Program-made: the position numbers and the translations under genes | Shown: piece after piece, positions 27,901 to 43,318 of the stretch | Position numbering within the stretch: the first letter of the stretch is position 1 | How the letters are laid out: the number at the start of each line of letters is the position of its first letter | The notes under the pieces: generated by a model | The model's input: only the letters and a program-made list of their open reading frames with translations | What the model was told of the DNA's origin: nothing | Database searches by the model: none | Assembly (NCBI GenBank): GCA_951406725.2 | Contig: OX597827.1 | Span: forward strand, 7,998,001-8,062,000 | DNA length: 64,000 nt | Direction: 5' to 3' | Source: Octopus vulgaris | Taxonomy: Eukaryota

Positions 27901-28429
27901 AAGTATCTTCTACCTCAGCCATCAGTGTATCGATGTGTTATACATGAACTTTGATAGATATAAACTGTACATAAGCCTATCATATATGCATATATATACA
28001 CACACATACATGCGTATGGATATATACATATATGCACATATATATACCAGCTTATGTACGGTATTTTCTGCCATACAAGCTGAATTTTTCAATTGAAGAC
28101 TTACAGCTGAAAAATGGTAGGTTGACTTATACACTATAACAAATTTGGAGGACTAAATATTCCATGTGACATGAAGCTGGTTGTGAAAAGATAGTGACAA
28201 TGTTTGAATGTTTACACTACATGTTTATATATTGTGCTACATCAACTTGTATGACGGAAAGTATGGTATATGCAGATAATAGATGAAACTCAGTTTATCA
28301 AAGCAAATACTCTACCCACAGCTAGTGAGCAATACAAGGAATCAGGGTAGACCTTGGATAAAACTTAATATTGTGTATGGGGGCATGTGTGTCTATGATG
28401 CATTTTCTCTTGGGTACATTGGTTCTTTA

Positions 28430-28693
28430 TCATTTATTGTTTCACTTGTTTTAGTCATTAGACTGCAGCCATGCTGGGGCACCAACTTGAAGCTTTTGGT
28501 CTACTAAATCATCCCCAGTTTACTAAAGCATCCCTCATGTTGGAGCACTGCCTTTAGTTGAACAAATCGACCCCAAGACTTATTCTTTGTAAGCCTAGTA
28601 CTTATTCTATCGGTCTCTTTTGCTGAACCACTAAGTTACGGGGATGCAGATATGCCACCATCAGTTGTCAAGTGATAGGTGGGGACAAGCACA

Positions 28694-28757
<64 letters not shown>

Positions 28758-28876
28758 CGACGGGCTTCTTTCAGTTTCCGTCTACTAAATCCACTCACAA
28801 GGCTTTGGTCGGACCGAGGCTACAGTGCTACAGTAGAAGACACTTCCCTAAGGTTCCATTCAGTGGGACTGAACCC

Positions 28877-28880
<4 letters not shown>
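28430..28880 (-). mobile_element. SINE family A, 5'-truncated, overlapping an older copy
   Basis: ggagcactgcctttagttgaacaaatcgacccc...cagtttccgtctac...gggactgaacccg. Confidence 0.8.
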
Positions 28881-28964
<84 letters not shown>

Positions 28965-28992
28965 ATAAATAGTAAATAATATCATCATCATC

Positions 28993-29034
<42 letters not shown>

Positions 29035-29230
29035 CATATCTATCAATCAAATTCACTAATAAGGTATTTGTCAGTTCCGTGTGCTGCAGAGTAGGACTGA
29101 ATCTGAAAACCTGTGGTTGCAAAGTTCACTTCATAACCTCACATCTATGTCTGGGCCTTATTTTAGTTCTCTTCCTTTAAAAACTCGCACTTCCACTACC
29201 ATTAAGATTACATTCTTCATGCAATTTATT

Positions 29231-29445
29231 AAGGTGGCAAGCTGGCAGAAACGTTAGTCCGCTGGGCGAAATGCTTAGCAGTATTTTGTTTGTCTTTACG
29301 TTCTGATTTCAAATTCCGCCAAGGTCGACTTTGCCTTTAATCCGTTTGGGATTGATAAATTAAATACCAGTTGTGTACTGGGGTTGATCCAATCGACTGG
29401 CCCCTCCCCCAAAATTTTGGGCCTTGTGCCTAGAGTAGAAAAGAA
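29231..29445 (+). mobile_element. SINE family B, full length
   Basis: aaggtggcaagctggcagaaacgttag...gtgcctagagtagaaaaga; TSD aatttattaa at 29223-29232 and 29443-29452. Confidence 0.88.
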
Positions 29446-29683
29446 TTTATTAAAGTATAATGAAGGCATAGTTAAAAGAGACATAACACTGTTTTATTGT
29501 ATCGACCAGACCATTGCATGTGGTCATACACTACTGGTGACAATGCACTTCCTTGCATTGTTGTGGCCTTCAAATGATGCCACTCAAGCTGGCTAGGTGG
29601 ACAGGTCAATATTCCTTGTAAACCTGATGCCAGTATGTCACAGTTGGTTGACCCATTTGCAGCTGAGTGGACTGGGTAAAGGG

Positions 29684-30022
29684 CAAAGACCACATTTGGT
29701 CATGAATGACCATGGGATTGCACTTAGAAAGTTACTCTCCGCAGTGCAAGTCCAGGCAAGGTTGTTTATGGAAGACCAGTAGTCACCCATACATGCCAAC
29801 CTCTCCTCTCCATGTCATTGATGTTATCCAAGAGAAAGGCAAGCATTGATACAGCTTGGCACCAGTGACATCGCGACTCATTTCTACAGCTGAGTGAACT
29901 GGAGCAATGGGAAATAAAGTGCCTTGCTCAAAAACACAACACACAGTCCGGTCTGGGAATCGAACTCACTACCTCATGATTATGAGCCTGACACTCTAAC
30001 CACTGAGCCCATGTGCCTTCAC
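29684..30022 (-). mobile_element. SINE family D
   Basis: Colinear with the copies at 25320 and 30848. Confidence 0.85.
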
Positions 30023-30847
30023 ACTGACTGGACTGGAGCAACATGAAAACCAGTGTAGGTGTGTTTATGTCCCTGTAACTTTGTGGTTCAGCAAAAGAAA
30101 CCAATAGAGTAAGTATCAGAAGTTTAAAAACAAATTTAGATACTAGGGTCAAATACTCCAAGTTGGCACCTCAGCATAGCCACAGTCTAATGTGTATGTG
30201 TGTCATGTATATGTGCATATGTATATGTGTATATGCATATGCATATGTGTATATACGTATATGCATATATGACAGGCTTATGTGCAGTTTACAAATTTAA
30301 GTACTAGGGTCAAGAACACAAAGTCTCATGGTACCCTGTGTTCTTGAGCAAAACAATTTATTTCAGTTGTGATAGGACTGGAGTAACATGAAATGAATTG
30401 TTTTGACCAAGAACACAAAGTACCATCAGTCTGAGAATTGAAACCACATCTTGCAATCAGGAAGGTAACACTCCAACTATTAGCCCTAGGTCTTCACAAA
30501 AAGAGGGATATAAACATGTAAAAATTCAAAATAAGTCTTTTAGTGTTTCTTGAAAAACCAGAATGAATACTAGAATGGTAGATATTGATTTCAAATTTTG
30601 GCACAAGGCCAGCAATTTCGAGGATAGGTTAAACTAATTACATTGATCCCAGTGATCAACTGGTACTCGTTTTATCCCAAAAGGATGAAAGACAAAATTG
30701 ACCTCGGTGATGGATGAAATGCTGCTATATCCAGTGTGCCAATGATTTTGCCAGCTTACTGCCTTACCAAAAGGTAGATATCATGAACTGAATTGAGGAC
30801 TAATAATGGATCTGTAAAACGCCAATGGAATTTTAAAACTAGCAGTC

Positions 30848-31186
30848 TGAGACCCCCTTCGGTCACAACACAGACCATGGGATTGCACCTAGAAAGTTAC
30901 CCTCTCAGGCACAAGACCAGGCAAGGTTGTTTATGGAAGACCAGCAGTCACCCATGCATACCAACCTCCCCTCTCCACGTCACCAGTGTTATCCAAGAGA
31001 AAGGCAAAGGCTGATACAGCTTGGCACCTGTGACGTCGCAACTCATTTCTACAGCTGAGTAAACTGGAGCAACATGAAATAAAGTGTCTTGCTCAAGAAC
31101 ACAACACGCAGCCCGGTCCGGGATTTGAGCTCACAACCTCACGATCGTAAGCTTGATGCTCTAACCACTGAGCCATGCACCTTCAC
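30848..31186 (-). mobile_element. SINE family D, well conserved
   Basis: Minus-strand head gtgaaggtgcatggctcagtggttagagcatcaagcttacgatcgtgagg (A-box, tRNA-Lys-like). Confidence 0.88.
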
Positions 31187-33070
31187 TAACATTGATAGAA
31201 CCTAAATGTACGATTAGATATACCTTAAAGTCAAGTGACTGAATTCTACTGTCTAAGCCCACAAAACAAGAAGAAGACTAGGCAAAAAAAAAGTATTTAA
31301 ATAACAGTAGTTTTCTAACATTTGGGATAATAAATGATTTAGAGGCATGAAGAATATTGCATGTTAAGAAAGCACGTGCCAGCATTGTAAAAACCGAACA
31401 TTAAAATGATGAAAGATGTTAATGATAAAGATGTCTGTTTGTGTACTTGTATGCACCAGTTTGTGTGTGTGTGTGAGTGTGTGCGTGTGTGTATTGTGTC
31501 TGTGTATGTATATTTAAGAGTGTGTGCTCAAGCGTGAGTGTATTGTGAATTTGTTAACGTTCTTTTACAATTAAAATTAAGCGTAATCGATACATGCTGT
31601 TTTCTATGGGAGAAGTGTACAGTCTGATGAATGTGTGTATGTTTGTGTATTGTGTACTTGTGTGTGTGTGTATATGTATAAGTGTGTGAGTGTGTCTGTG
31701 AGTGTGTGTGATAATGAATATTATAAGCCCATATCTAAAGGTCTCAGACAGCTGGATTTGTCTTGAAAAGATGGGATTTGTTAGTAGATAAAGACATGAA
31801 TCAAAGCAAGTAATTATCTAGTTATTCTACAGAGGCAGTTACAAATATCCCAGGGTAAAGCTGCATTTATAAAATGTTTAGATCCCACTGCACAGCACCT
31901 TAGGCAACCATCTACCATTATAGCCCCAGGTTGACAGAAGCCTTGTGCCTGGATTTTGTAGACAGAAACTGTGTATTTCTTTATGCTTGTGCTTGTCTCC
32001 CATCTTCGTTTGACAACCAGTGTTGGCTTGATTATATCCTCATAACTTAGTGGTTTGACAAAATGGACTGATAGAATAAGTACCATACTTTGAAAATAAG
32101 TACTGAGAATGATTTGTTTGACTAAATCCATGAAGGTGGTGCCCCAGCAGGGCCACAGTTCAATAGCTGTAAGTAGCAAAAGGTAAGGAAAATAAAAGAT
32201 ATCAATTTCCAATCAATCCTAGCTACCATACAAGTACAAATGCATCGTTATCTAATTTCATATAATTTTAAGGGTTGGTCATATATGGAAGGGCAGTGCC
32301 TGCATAGTTTTAGTGGGTCTCTGCTATTGGTGCAAAGAAAGAAGAAAATCATCAATTATCCACAGACCAGACCATAATCTCTGTCCAAATAGTCACAATA
32401 GATGTTCTCTGATCATGTGACCAAATAGAAGAGATGGCGCTGCTAAATGTGGTGACAGACTAACTCTACTACCCACCAAAATAAAAATAGTTTCTCGGAT
32501 GGCCTTCCATACAGTTTAACAGTCTACCACAAAATTTCCATTACAAGACTTCGACCGACCTGTGGCATACATAGACATCCACACACACACTACCAACAAC
32601 ATGCATGTATACATACATGCATGCACATATACATGCATACATGCATACGCACGCACACATAATTATTGGTAAATTTATAAAGATGTAACTTAGCAACATG
32701 CACAGTGAAGAAAACTATAGCTATTAAAGCCAAAAATCATATGTAAAAGTTATTGTTTTAACAATAGGCCTAATTAACCAAATGAAGCTGATATGTAACA
32801 ATATCAATTATAATGTAAAATATATATATATATATATATATAACATATACGTTAATCCTTGAGCTGACAATTTGACATAGAATTAACTGGAGAAAGAAAA
32901 TGAATCTACTATGTTTGCAATTAAAATAGTAAAAATCATTAATAAAAATAAGTTAGAATGAAATCTATTTTAGATATTACAAAAACGTCAGGAACACAAT
33001 ATGTTTTAGTTTAAGTGATTGATTGATTGATATACAGGTAAAATTGTCAATAAATTTATACTGAAGCATA

Positions 33071-33476
33071 CTCTTTTACTCTTTTACTTGTTTCAGTCAT
33101 TTGACTGCGGCCATGCTGGAGCACCGCCTTTTAATCGAGCAACTCGACCCCGGGACTTATTCTTTGTAAGCCCAGTACTTATTCTATCGATCTCTTTTGC
33201 CGAACCGCTAAGTGACGGGGACATAAACACACCAGCATCGGTTGTCAAGCAATGCTAGGGGGACAAACACAGACACACAAACATACACACGCATACATAT
33301 ATATATACATATATACGACAGGCTTCTTTCAGTTTCCGTCTACCAAATCCACTCACAAGGCTTTGGTCGGCCCGAGGTTATAGTAGAAGACACTTACCCA
33401 AGGTGCCACGCAGTGGGACTGAACCCGGAACCATGTGGTTGGTAGGCAAGCTACTTACCACACAGCCACTCCTGCG
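33071..33476 (-). mobile_element. SINE family A, young full-length copy
   Basis: Reverse complement of the family A consensus. Confidence 0.92.
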
Positions 33477-33879
33477 TACAGAGATTAATAATAATATTTT
33501 CTTACATTGGTGCAAACATATAGGTTCGTTAGGAAGTGGGTACCGTTGATTGAATTAATCTTCTCTGTTGCTGCCTTGAATTTTTATGTGACTGCTTGAT
33601 CACTTGTAAGAGCAGCTAAATCACCCTCAGATTTCATTTAATCCTTATAAAAAAAAATGGAAAGCATGCATGGGATTATCTAATAAACAAAAAAGCAGGG
33701 TGATCATGGATGGAATGATGTTGTTCAAAGGTCTGTTCAGTCAGGAATGAACTTTGGCTTAACAACAACATTCTTCTGATTTTATGGGCCCTAAAGGTCA
33801 AAAGTAAAAATCACCCAAAGAAAAGATAAAACTAAATAATATAAAACAGAAAAAAACCGAGTGGTCAAAATTACAGTCA

Positions 33880-34670
33880 TATCATCTATTATATCTTCTG
33901 TGCAGAGCAATGAAATGATTATGCGTGCAATCATTCAGTATTTGAGGATTGCTGGCTTACAGAGCTATGTCAAACAGCTATCAAACAATTATCAACGAGT
34001 CCATTATGAAGATCAACCCACTACCTTCCTTTGGCCAGGAAAGGCAGGTAGTTTTCCTCTATCTAGTGGCCATGGTGACAGAGGTTGTACAGTTGAAAAG
34101 ATTGAAATGACTGAGGACATATTTTCCTGTCTGAGCAAGCTCCTATCGACTTTTTAAAAATTCCACTCAGATAGGCGCAGGAGTGGCTGTGTGGTAAGTA
34201 GCTTGCTTACCAGCCACATGGTTCCGGGTTCAGTCCCACTGCGTGGCATTTGGGCAAGTGTCTTCTGCTATAGCCTCGGGCCGACCAATGCCTTGTGAGT
34301 GGATTTGGTAGACGGAAACTGAAAGAAGCCCATCGTATATATGTATATATATATATGTGTGTATATGTTTGTGTGTCTGTATTTGTCCCCTTAGCATTGC
34401 TTGACAACCGATGCTGTTTGGCAACAGAGACCGATAGAATAAGTACTGGGCTTACAAAGAATAAGTCCCGGGGTCGACTTGCTCGACTAAAGGCGGTGCT
34501 TCAGCATGGCCGCAGTCAAATGACTGAAGCAAGTAAAAGAGTAAAAGAGTATAGGACGATAGGTGTTGAGAGGGAGGAGCTACCCTCCAGTAAATTTATT
34601 GAATGATGGGAGAGATTGTCAAGCACGGCCCACATGAATGGATTGACATTCAGCATACACATTTTTAAGA
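33880..34670 (+). pseudogene. Decayed L1/Tx1-type LINE ORF2 C-terminus, split by a SINE A
   Basis: Across frameshifts: QSNEMIMRAIIQYLRIAGLQSYVKQL (decayed zinc-knuckle region), ESIMKI, LPSFGQERQVVFLYLVAMVTEVVQLKRLK, then after the SINE VEREELPSSKFIE*WERLSSTAHMNG. Matches Tx1-type ORF2 ends from memory. Confidence 0.65.
34174..34550 (+). mobile_element. SINE family A with a small internal deletion
   Basis: Full head and tail; lacks the ggtgtgtttacgtccccgtcacttagc segment. Confidence 0.9.
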
Positions 34671-35164
34671 CAGGGAATATAGATGAGAACGGGCTTTTAC
34701 ACATTGGGAATCAGGTTAAATCTGGACCTGTAGGAAGGTTTAAATGATTCTAAGTGGTCGTCCTTCATTTGGGACTTTACCATATTTGTAACTACTGGGT
34801 CACTCCTAGTTTCATTTGACTTCTATGTAAACCTTTACATTTCTTGTCATCTATAATAGTTGAAGGGATATTATATTATATTATATTATGTTATATTATA
34901 TTCCTTCAACTGTTCTCTTTGTGTCTATATTGAGGTAGTGAATACACAAAACTGTTAGAGTATCAGCCAAAATGTTCTGCACAATTTATTCTAAATCACC
35001 ATATTCTAGATTAAAATCTTATTGAGGAAGATAAAAGAAAGTACTAGCCAAGTACAGGGGGTAATTTAATGATTTCTTGCTGTTATCATTTTATATATAC
35101 TTTTTTTTTTTTAAAATTTTTATCTAGTTTCAGCTCACGAGCTGTGGCCATGCTGGGGCACCGC

Positions 35165-36292
<1,128 letters not shown>

Positions 36293-36969
36293 CTAGATGC
36301 CAGAAATAGTAGCCTTATGGTAGCACATTTTCATTCTGCATTCAAATCCTGTGTCTTATATTCTTCAGTGGGAGGAAGGGGGACTGATAATATTAGTACT
36401 GGTCATGTGTCAGAGTGTGGAACATTATTATAATCAAATATACACCCTCTTTTAAGGCTTGCATCTTTGTGTCTATATTGAAAAATCATTATAATTATTT
36501 TTAAAGCAATCATGTTGATGATGAGAACAGTTGTAACGATAGAGATTAAAGTACTATAATGATGACGATGATAAGAATGATGATGATGACGATGATGATG
36601 ACAATAATATCGGTGTTGTTCTATAGCCCCAGACAAGTCTTATTGACTAGACACACGATCACGGCTATGCCAACTCTCACCATCCCACCTTTGTTTCAGA
36701 TATCATGCCCTTTACTTCTTCACTTCCCTAAGATGATAGAATATGATATGAGGGAAATTTGGCTGCTATTTCTAGCAGGTAAAAAGGCTACATAGATCAC
36801 GTTTATTATTATCATTATTATTATTATTATTATGTCTTTTTTTCTTATTAAACAAAAGGCAATTTTTTTTTTTTTAATAAATTGGATGTCTAATTAAATA
36901 AATTGATTGATACCCAATATCTCATTATTGACCCAATTAAAAAAAAATTTAGATCAGGACCATCAAATT

Positions 36970-38230
36970 AGCTACGTTTGTTGTTGCAAATAATTATAAC
37001 GCTATATAAAAAAATTTTCGTTGTTGTAAATCTTTACTAAACTATCCTACGGTCGAAACCTTCCAACCGTGACCATCCTGTTTTATTTTTTTTTCGGGGC
37101 ACTGTGTATCTAGAAATTCATAATGCAATGTCTTTTATTATTTTTTTCCCCCTGTTATAAAGACAACAGCATATTGGACAAGCACCTAGACGGTCCGTCG
37201 CTGGCTCGTCTAGACTACGTTAAATAACCATACTGTCGGGGAAAACGACTTCAAATCTTTTATCAGAGACATGGTATTTATTTGAATTTAACGGAAACAC
37301 AAATAGTCATCATCGACTTCCTAGAAAAAGCTCTTTAATTCTATAAGGGAATCGAAAATATTGCAATATTTCAGGTTTTCTGAAGTGATCGAACGGCATC
37401 TCTGAACGTCACATGACGAACAAGCCATTCATCAAATCCTAAAAGATCATCTGACGACGAAAGAATATTCACGGGACGTAACTCGCGTAAATGTTTTCCA
37501 GAGTAACTCCCCTTGTCTGTTTATACTTCTCTTACTTTCACAACATGTACGAAGCATGTGACTTATGGTCGAAACATGTATGTTTTTACGTTAATCGAAA
37601 TAGCCAGAACTAGCTTTAATTTGTTTCGCCTCAGAACCAGCTAGGATTTATTTAGACAGTAAATCTCAAGTTAATTTAATAACAGTTTGTCATGTTAAAG
37701 GCCAATCAGCAAGCAATTAAACAGATTCATATCTACGCGTATATATGTATGTGTGGGTGGATTTGTGTGCGTGTGCGTGTGTGTGTGCGCGCGCGCACGC
37801 GCGTGTTTGTGATTATAAGAGAGACAGATCAGATTATAGTTAGGAACAATAGAAATATATAAACTGCGTTTTCCTAATCTAACTCACGAGGGGGAACAAA
37901 AACAAAAAAATGGTTTAGGCTGTATGTAACAATGTATTCCTATATAATGAAGGAAATCCGGAATTCCCGGCATCGGGATCGCTCGATTTACGACGGTACT
38001 AAACTAGCTGAAAGCGATAGAAGCATGTGATGTAGCAGCCCCCATCCCACACACACAAAAAAAAAATTCCTGATCGAAAGATCTCAGTATACTTCAAATA
38101 ATCTAGTTTTCTTAACAGCAAAATTAGAGAGAAAGAGAAATATTACTGAAAAAGCAAGGAAGGGGGATCACGGTTTTGTATAGAAATATATGAAATATTC
38201 TTAAATATAATTAATATAACACCAGGCGTG
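36970..38230 (-). promoter_or_regulatory. CpG-rich promoter-like island, probable TSS near 38.0 kb
   Basis: Roughly 50 CpGs by eye in about 1.2 kb of non-SINE DNA, against CpG-poor flanks; palindromic M-box/E-box cgtcacatgacg at 37407-37418; minus-strand donor at 37887. Confidence 0.65.
37888..38020 (-). other. Candidate first (non-coding) exon
   Basis: Donor ctc|GTGAGT (37887-37882) at the edge of the densest CpG cluster; 5' boundary is approximate. Confidence 0.5.
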
Positions 38231-39118
38231 TGTTATCAAGTTCTATATGTAATACTCCTCCACACAATTTCTGTAAATTTCTCATTCATTGTCTCTCATC
38301 TTTATAAGCAGTATACTATAAATGAAATATACAGCCTTTTACTTTTTTTATACAATTGTGTTATATTATACTTTTTATTTACTATCTGTAGTCATAATAT
38401 ATTAATACTCAGTAAACAAATTACAGCAATATTTTAACGATATAATGATACTTAGTTTTACTTTTTATTAGTCATTTTCCGTTTAGGAGCAGTTGTAGTA
38501 TAGCATTGTTAGATCACACATTAATTTACCATTCATAATCATTGTAAGATGGGTGAACTAGCTGAGGGGTTAGAATATTAAACAAATTACAGTGTGGCAT
38601 TTGTTTTGGCATACTACACTGAATTCAAATCTTGCTGAGGTTACCTTTACTCTCATCATTTTTTTTAGGGAGTTAGGGCCTATAGAAAGTACCAATACAG
38701 AACAGGGTATTGCCAGAAGAGTTATAATGTCAAATAGATTCTTTGTGATATCTGTACTAGCTATTTGTGTTCATCATTATGACAATGATGGTACGAAGCA
38801 ATATTGGTCTTTTATAAAGATCCTTTTCCTTGGACAATACTAGTGGTGTGAAAAAGGGAGGCTTGCATGCATAGAAAACTGCAAGTCGGTTACAAAAATC
38901 CTTATCTATCTAGCTAGCTAGCTGTGTCTTTCTCACTCTTTCTCTCTCTCTCTCTCTATTTGTCTGTCTGTTCGTCCGTCCATCTGTCTGTCCATCCATC
39001 CATCCATCTGCTTTTCTGTTCAACTGCCTATCTATCTGTCTGTCTATCCATCCATCCATTGATCCATCCATCCATCCATCCATCTATCTATCCATCTATC
39101 CATCCATCTATCTATCTC

Positions 39119-39189
<71 letters not shown>

Positions 39190-39229
39190 GTCTGTCTGTC
39201 TATCTATCCATCCATCCATCCATCCATCC

Positions 39230-39287
<58 letters not shown>

Positions 39288-39457
39288 ACTTATATATTTA
39301 TACATTTACTACTCTTTAATTTCTAGTTTATTTCAACCATCATATTAGTGGGGGCTATGCTGGAGCACTGCCTTTTAATAAAACAACCTCAAAGGAATAA
39401 ACATACTTCAATATAAGCCTCAAGTACATTTTGTTTTCTTTGTATAGTCATCAAAGT

Positions 39458-39493
<36 letters not shown>

Positions 39494-40039
39494 GCACATG
39501 CACATACATACACATAGACATGGATGCACAGATACCCTTGCACATATATTGATTATCAATGTCCCTAGTAAGAATTTCAACCAAACTCTATCAGCTAATG
39601 TTTTGAAGTGTGTTTTCAATATACAGTTTATGGTATGTGTGTGCATATTGTTTTAACTGCATGTACATATACTATATATACATATATGCACATACATACA
39701 TGCACACATACATGCATACATATATACATACGTATGAACATGCGTACGTACACACACATACACATATATAATGTATATATATACATATATATATATATAC
39801 ATACATATATATATTATATATATACATATGTATATATTATCATCATCATCATCATCATCGTTTAACGTCTGTTCTCCATGCTAGCATGAGTTGGACGGTT
39901 CGACCGGGGATCTAGGAAGCCAGAAGGCTGCACCAGGCTCCAGTCTTATCTGGCAATGTTTCTACAGCTGGATGACCTTCCTATATGCATATGTATATAT
40001 TATAAATATATATGTATATATATGTAAATATATATATGC

Positions 40040-40117
<78 letters not shown>

Positions 40118-40118
40118 A

Positions 40119-40169
<51 letters not shown>

Positions 40170-40177
40170 CATATGTA

Positions 40178-40209
<32 letters not shown>

Positions 40210-40810
40210 TGGTCTGTTGAAGCAAACAGGAAAATAGAACTAAAAATATGAGGATATATACCTTTTTTTTTTTATAATTGGCAAAAGTTACAGATTGATG
40301 CAAGGGCTGGGGTTTTCATGCATTTGTGCCACTGCATGAAACTCTTGGCCCTTGAGTCACCTCGTAACTTCTACTAAGTATTGAACCTATATGTTTATAC
40401 ATAAATATCTGTAAAACAGTATTGGCCAGACCGTCAGATATATTGTTATACACCACTGGTCACAATGCACATCCTGCTGGTTAGGTGGGCAGACCAGCAT
40501 GGGCCCTAAATGAAATATCATTTCAGCACAGGGTTACTCAGTTTTGGCAGCTGAGTAGTCGACTGGAGCAATGTGAAATGAAGTGTCTTGCTCAAGAACA
40601 TGACACACCACCAGTCTAAGAATTGAAATCAGGTTCTTGTGATCATGAATGCAGCAACCTAACCACTAGGTGTATGTATATATGCATGTATGTATATATA
40701 TATGTATGTATGTATGCATGCATGTATGTATGTATGCATGTATGTATGTATGTATGTATATATGCATGCATGCATGTATGTATGTATGTATGTTTGTGTG
40801 TGTGTGTGTG

Positions 40811-40841
<31 letters not shown>

Positions 40842-40981
40842 ATATGTATGTGTGTGTGTGTATGTATGTATGTATGTATATATGCATGTATGTATGTATA
40901 TATGCATGTATGTATGTATATATGCATGTATGTATGTATGTATGTATGTATGTATGTATGTATGCATGTATGTATGCATGC

Positions 40982-41014
<33 letters not shown>

Positions 41015-41269
41015 TGTATGTATGTATGTATGTATGTATGTATACATGTATTTATTTACATGATACACCTATGTTTCTTTGTATATATATATTGTTTTTG
41101 GATTGCATGTGTTTGTAGAGTTTTACTTACATTGTGCCCTTATATATGTATTTAAAATTAAATATGATAAAGATAGTATTTCTGTTTTTTTTATCATTAT
41201 TGGTGTTTCTGCTTTTGATTTTTTAATGACAGTTTTATATTTATAGTTGCTTGCTATGATAGTTTACTA

Positions 41270-41655
41270 TGATCCATATTAGTATTGATATTGACCTAAT
41301 CCTTGCAACATACACTCATCTATACATTATACACTTAACCATACATTATATAGTAATCCACAAATTATACAGTTATCCTTAATCCATACAATGTATATTA
41401 ATCCGTATAATGTATACTAAACCCTCGAGCATGAATTTAATCATGCAATATACATTAATCTATACAATATACATTAACATGTTAATTGCCATATGTACCA
41501 CCAATAGTTTATCACAAACTTCAAACAACCACCAGTCACAGGATGAGGTGGTTAACATGTTAACCTGTATAGTATAATCTGTATGATATCCATTAATCCA
41601 TATGATATACACTAAAATATTCGACATACATCAATCTATACACTATATATAGTGT
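41270..41655. repeat. Diverged 18-19-bp minisatellite (consensus near taatccatacaatatacat)
   Basis: Recurrent taatccat/taatccgt/taatctat...atac units; resumes at about 42170-42230. Confidence 0.6.
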
Positions 41656-41663
41656 ATAGGTGT

Positions 41664-41743
41664 GCCCTGTTTAGATTAATGGTTGAGAGCACTGCGACGC
41701 GTAATCACGTAGGTGTGAGTTCGAGTCTCATAGCCGGCCGCCA
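41664..41743 (+). pseudogene. tRNA-like sequence (degenerate, possibly Thr-CGT-derived)
   Basis: A-box-like tagattaatgg, T arm gtgag-ttcgagt-ctcat, anticodon loop cgcgtaa, gcc/ggc ends, terminal cca; acceptor and anticodon stems are imperfect. Confidence 0.5.
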
Positions 41744-41754
41744 ACACTTTTATA

Positions 41755-41917
41755 GGCACAGGAGTGGCTGTGTGGTAAGTAGCTTGCTAACCAACCACAA
41801 GGTTCTGGGTTCAGTCCCACTGCGTGGCATCTTGGGCAAGTGTCTTCTGCTATAGCCCCGGGCCGACCAATGCCTTGTGAGTGGATTTGGTAGACGGAAA
41901 CTGAAAGAAGCCTGTTG

Positions 41918-41958
<41 letters not shown>

Positions 41959-42160
41959 TTGTGTTTGTCCTCCTAGCATTGCTTGACAACCGATGCTGGT
42001 GTGTTTACGTCCCCGTCACTTAGCCGTTCGGCAAAAAGAGACCGATAGAATAAGTACTGGACTTACAAAGAATAAGTCCCGGGTTCGATTTGCTCGACTA
42101 AAGGCGGTGCTCCAGCATGGCCACAGTCAAATGACTGAAACAAGTAAAAGAGAAAAAGAG
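41755..42160 (+). mobile_element. SINE family A, young full-length copy
   Basis: Matches the consensus end to end. Confidence 0.92.
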
Positions 42161-43063
42161 TATACAGCAATTGATATAATGAATAATGATCCAACCAATA
42201 TGTACTAATCCAGCCAGCATACACTAATCTCTCTGCAAACAATTTTGTATGGTTAATATGTTTAATGTTTCATCTTAGTCATTGTAATAGCATTTTTGAA
42301 GGATTATATGTGTTAGGTATGATTCCTTTATAGGTTGGAGCACTTGAGAATTATGATTAGAAGATTTTGGTAACTCAGAAAACAAAACGGGTGATTGAAA
42401 GCAAACTATACTATGAATTAAAGAAAAGTCTGGTAGTTGAGAGAACTGCTAAGGATCAGAGTTAGCAACAATGCAAAAAGACTTTGTAGGTGTCAACAAG
42501 TCAAAAGCAGAGCCTATGTCTGGAATGTCAAATGTTTTCATTCTTGAAGTAACTAAATATGTTGACATGAAGAATTAATATTGTTTAATTCTTTAACATT
42601 CAAATCACTGTCAAATGTAATGCTTATTTATTCCCATTATTTTCAGTTAATCATACATTATCTTGCACCTCTGATATTTTGATGATGTGATCATTTAATT
42701 TCAGAATGATATTGTAGGATAGGAACAAGAAGCCAGATCTGGCCAGTTTGAGCATAAAACAGTGAAAAGATTTGTGCCAGATGTGGCCAGATTAATTGCT
42801 AAAGGTTATATGAACTTGAAAAGTTGTCTGTATTAGAAAGCATGGTACTTAAATGAAATTTAATATCAAATCAAAAGGAAATGTATCATTCTAGTTTTGA
42901 TCTCAATACAATTTGTTGGAATTGTGACTAAGATATGATATATATTTTGGCTTTTAAGTTAGTGCAACTAATGTCCAAAACTTTTGGATGCTGAAAATAT
43001 ATATATATATATGTATCCCTATGTTTGTTAGGATTTTAAAGACAAACCACAATGTTTACTAAT

Positions 43064-43318
43064 GCTGAAGCAAGGAACAGACTGCCGGCATCAGTTGTTA
43101 GTTGTTGGAGCACTGCATCCTTCAAAACTTCCATGCTTCCTGAGATTCGCCAACACTACACCTGATTTTCTCCCCTCCATACGCACGCAAGCATGTATCT
43201 GACTCATACACTGTTCGCTTTCCAGACATTTCTACATTACTGCATGTACTTTATACGCACTTTTTGACGAGTTGTGGTGCACCTGAGCACTGTATACAAT
43301 AATTTCATTATATTATAT
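43064..43318 (+). mobile_element. 5'-truncated CR1-type LINE 3' end (second family)
   Basis: Encodes AEARNRLPASVVSCWSTASFKTSMLPEIRQHYT* (cf. CR1/L2 WN.LP..VV.....SFK), then a 3' UTR and an AT-rich tail. Confidence 0.72.
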
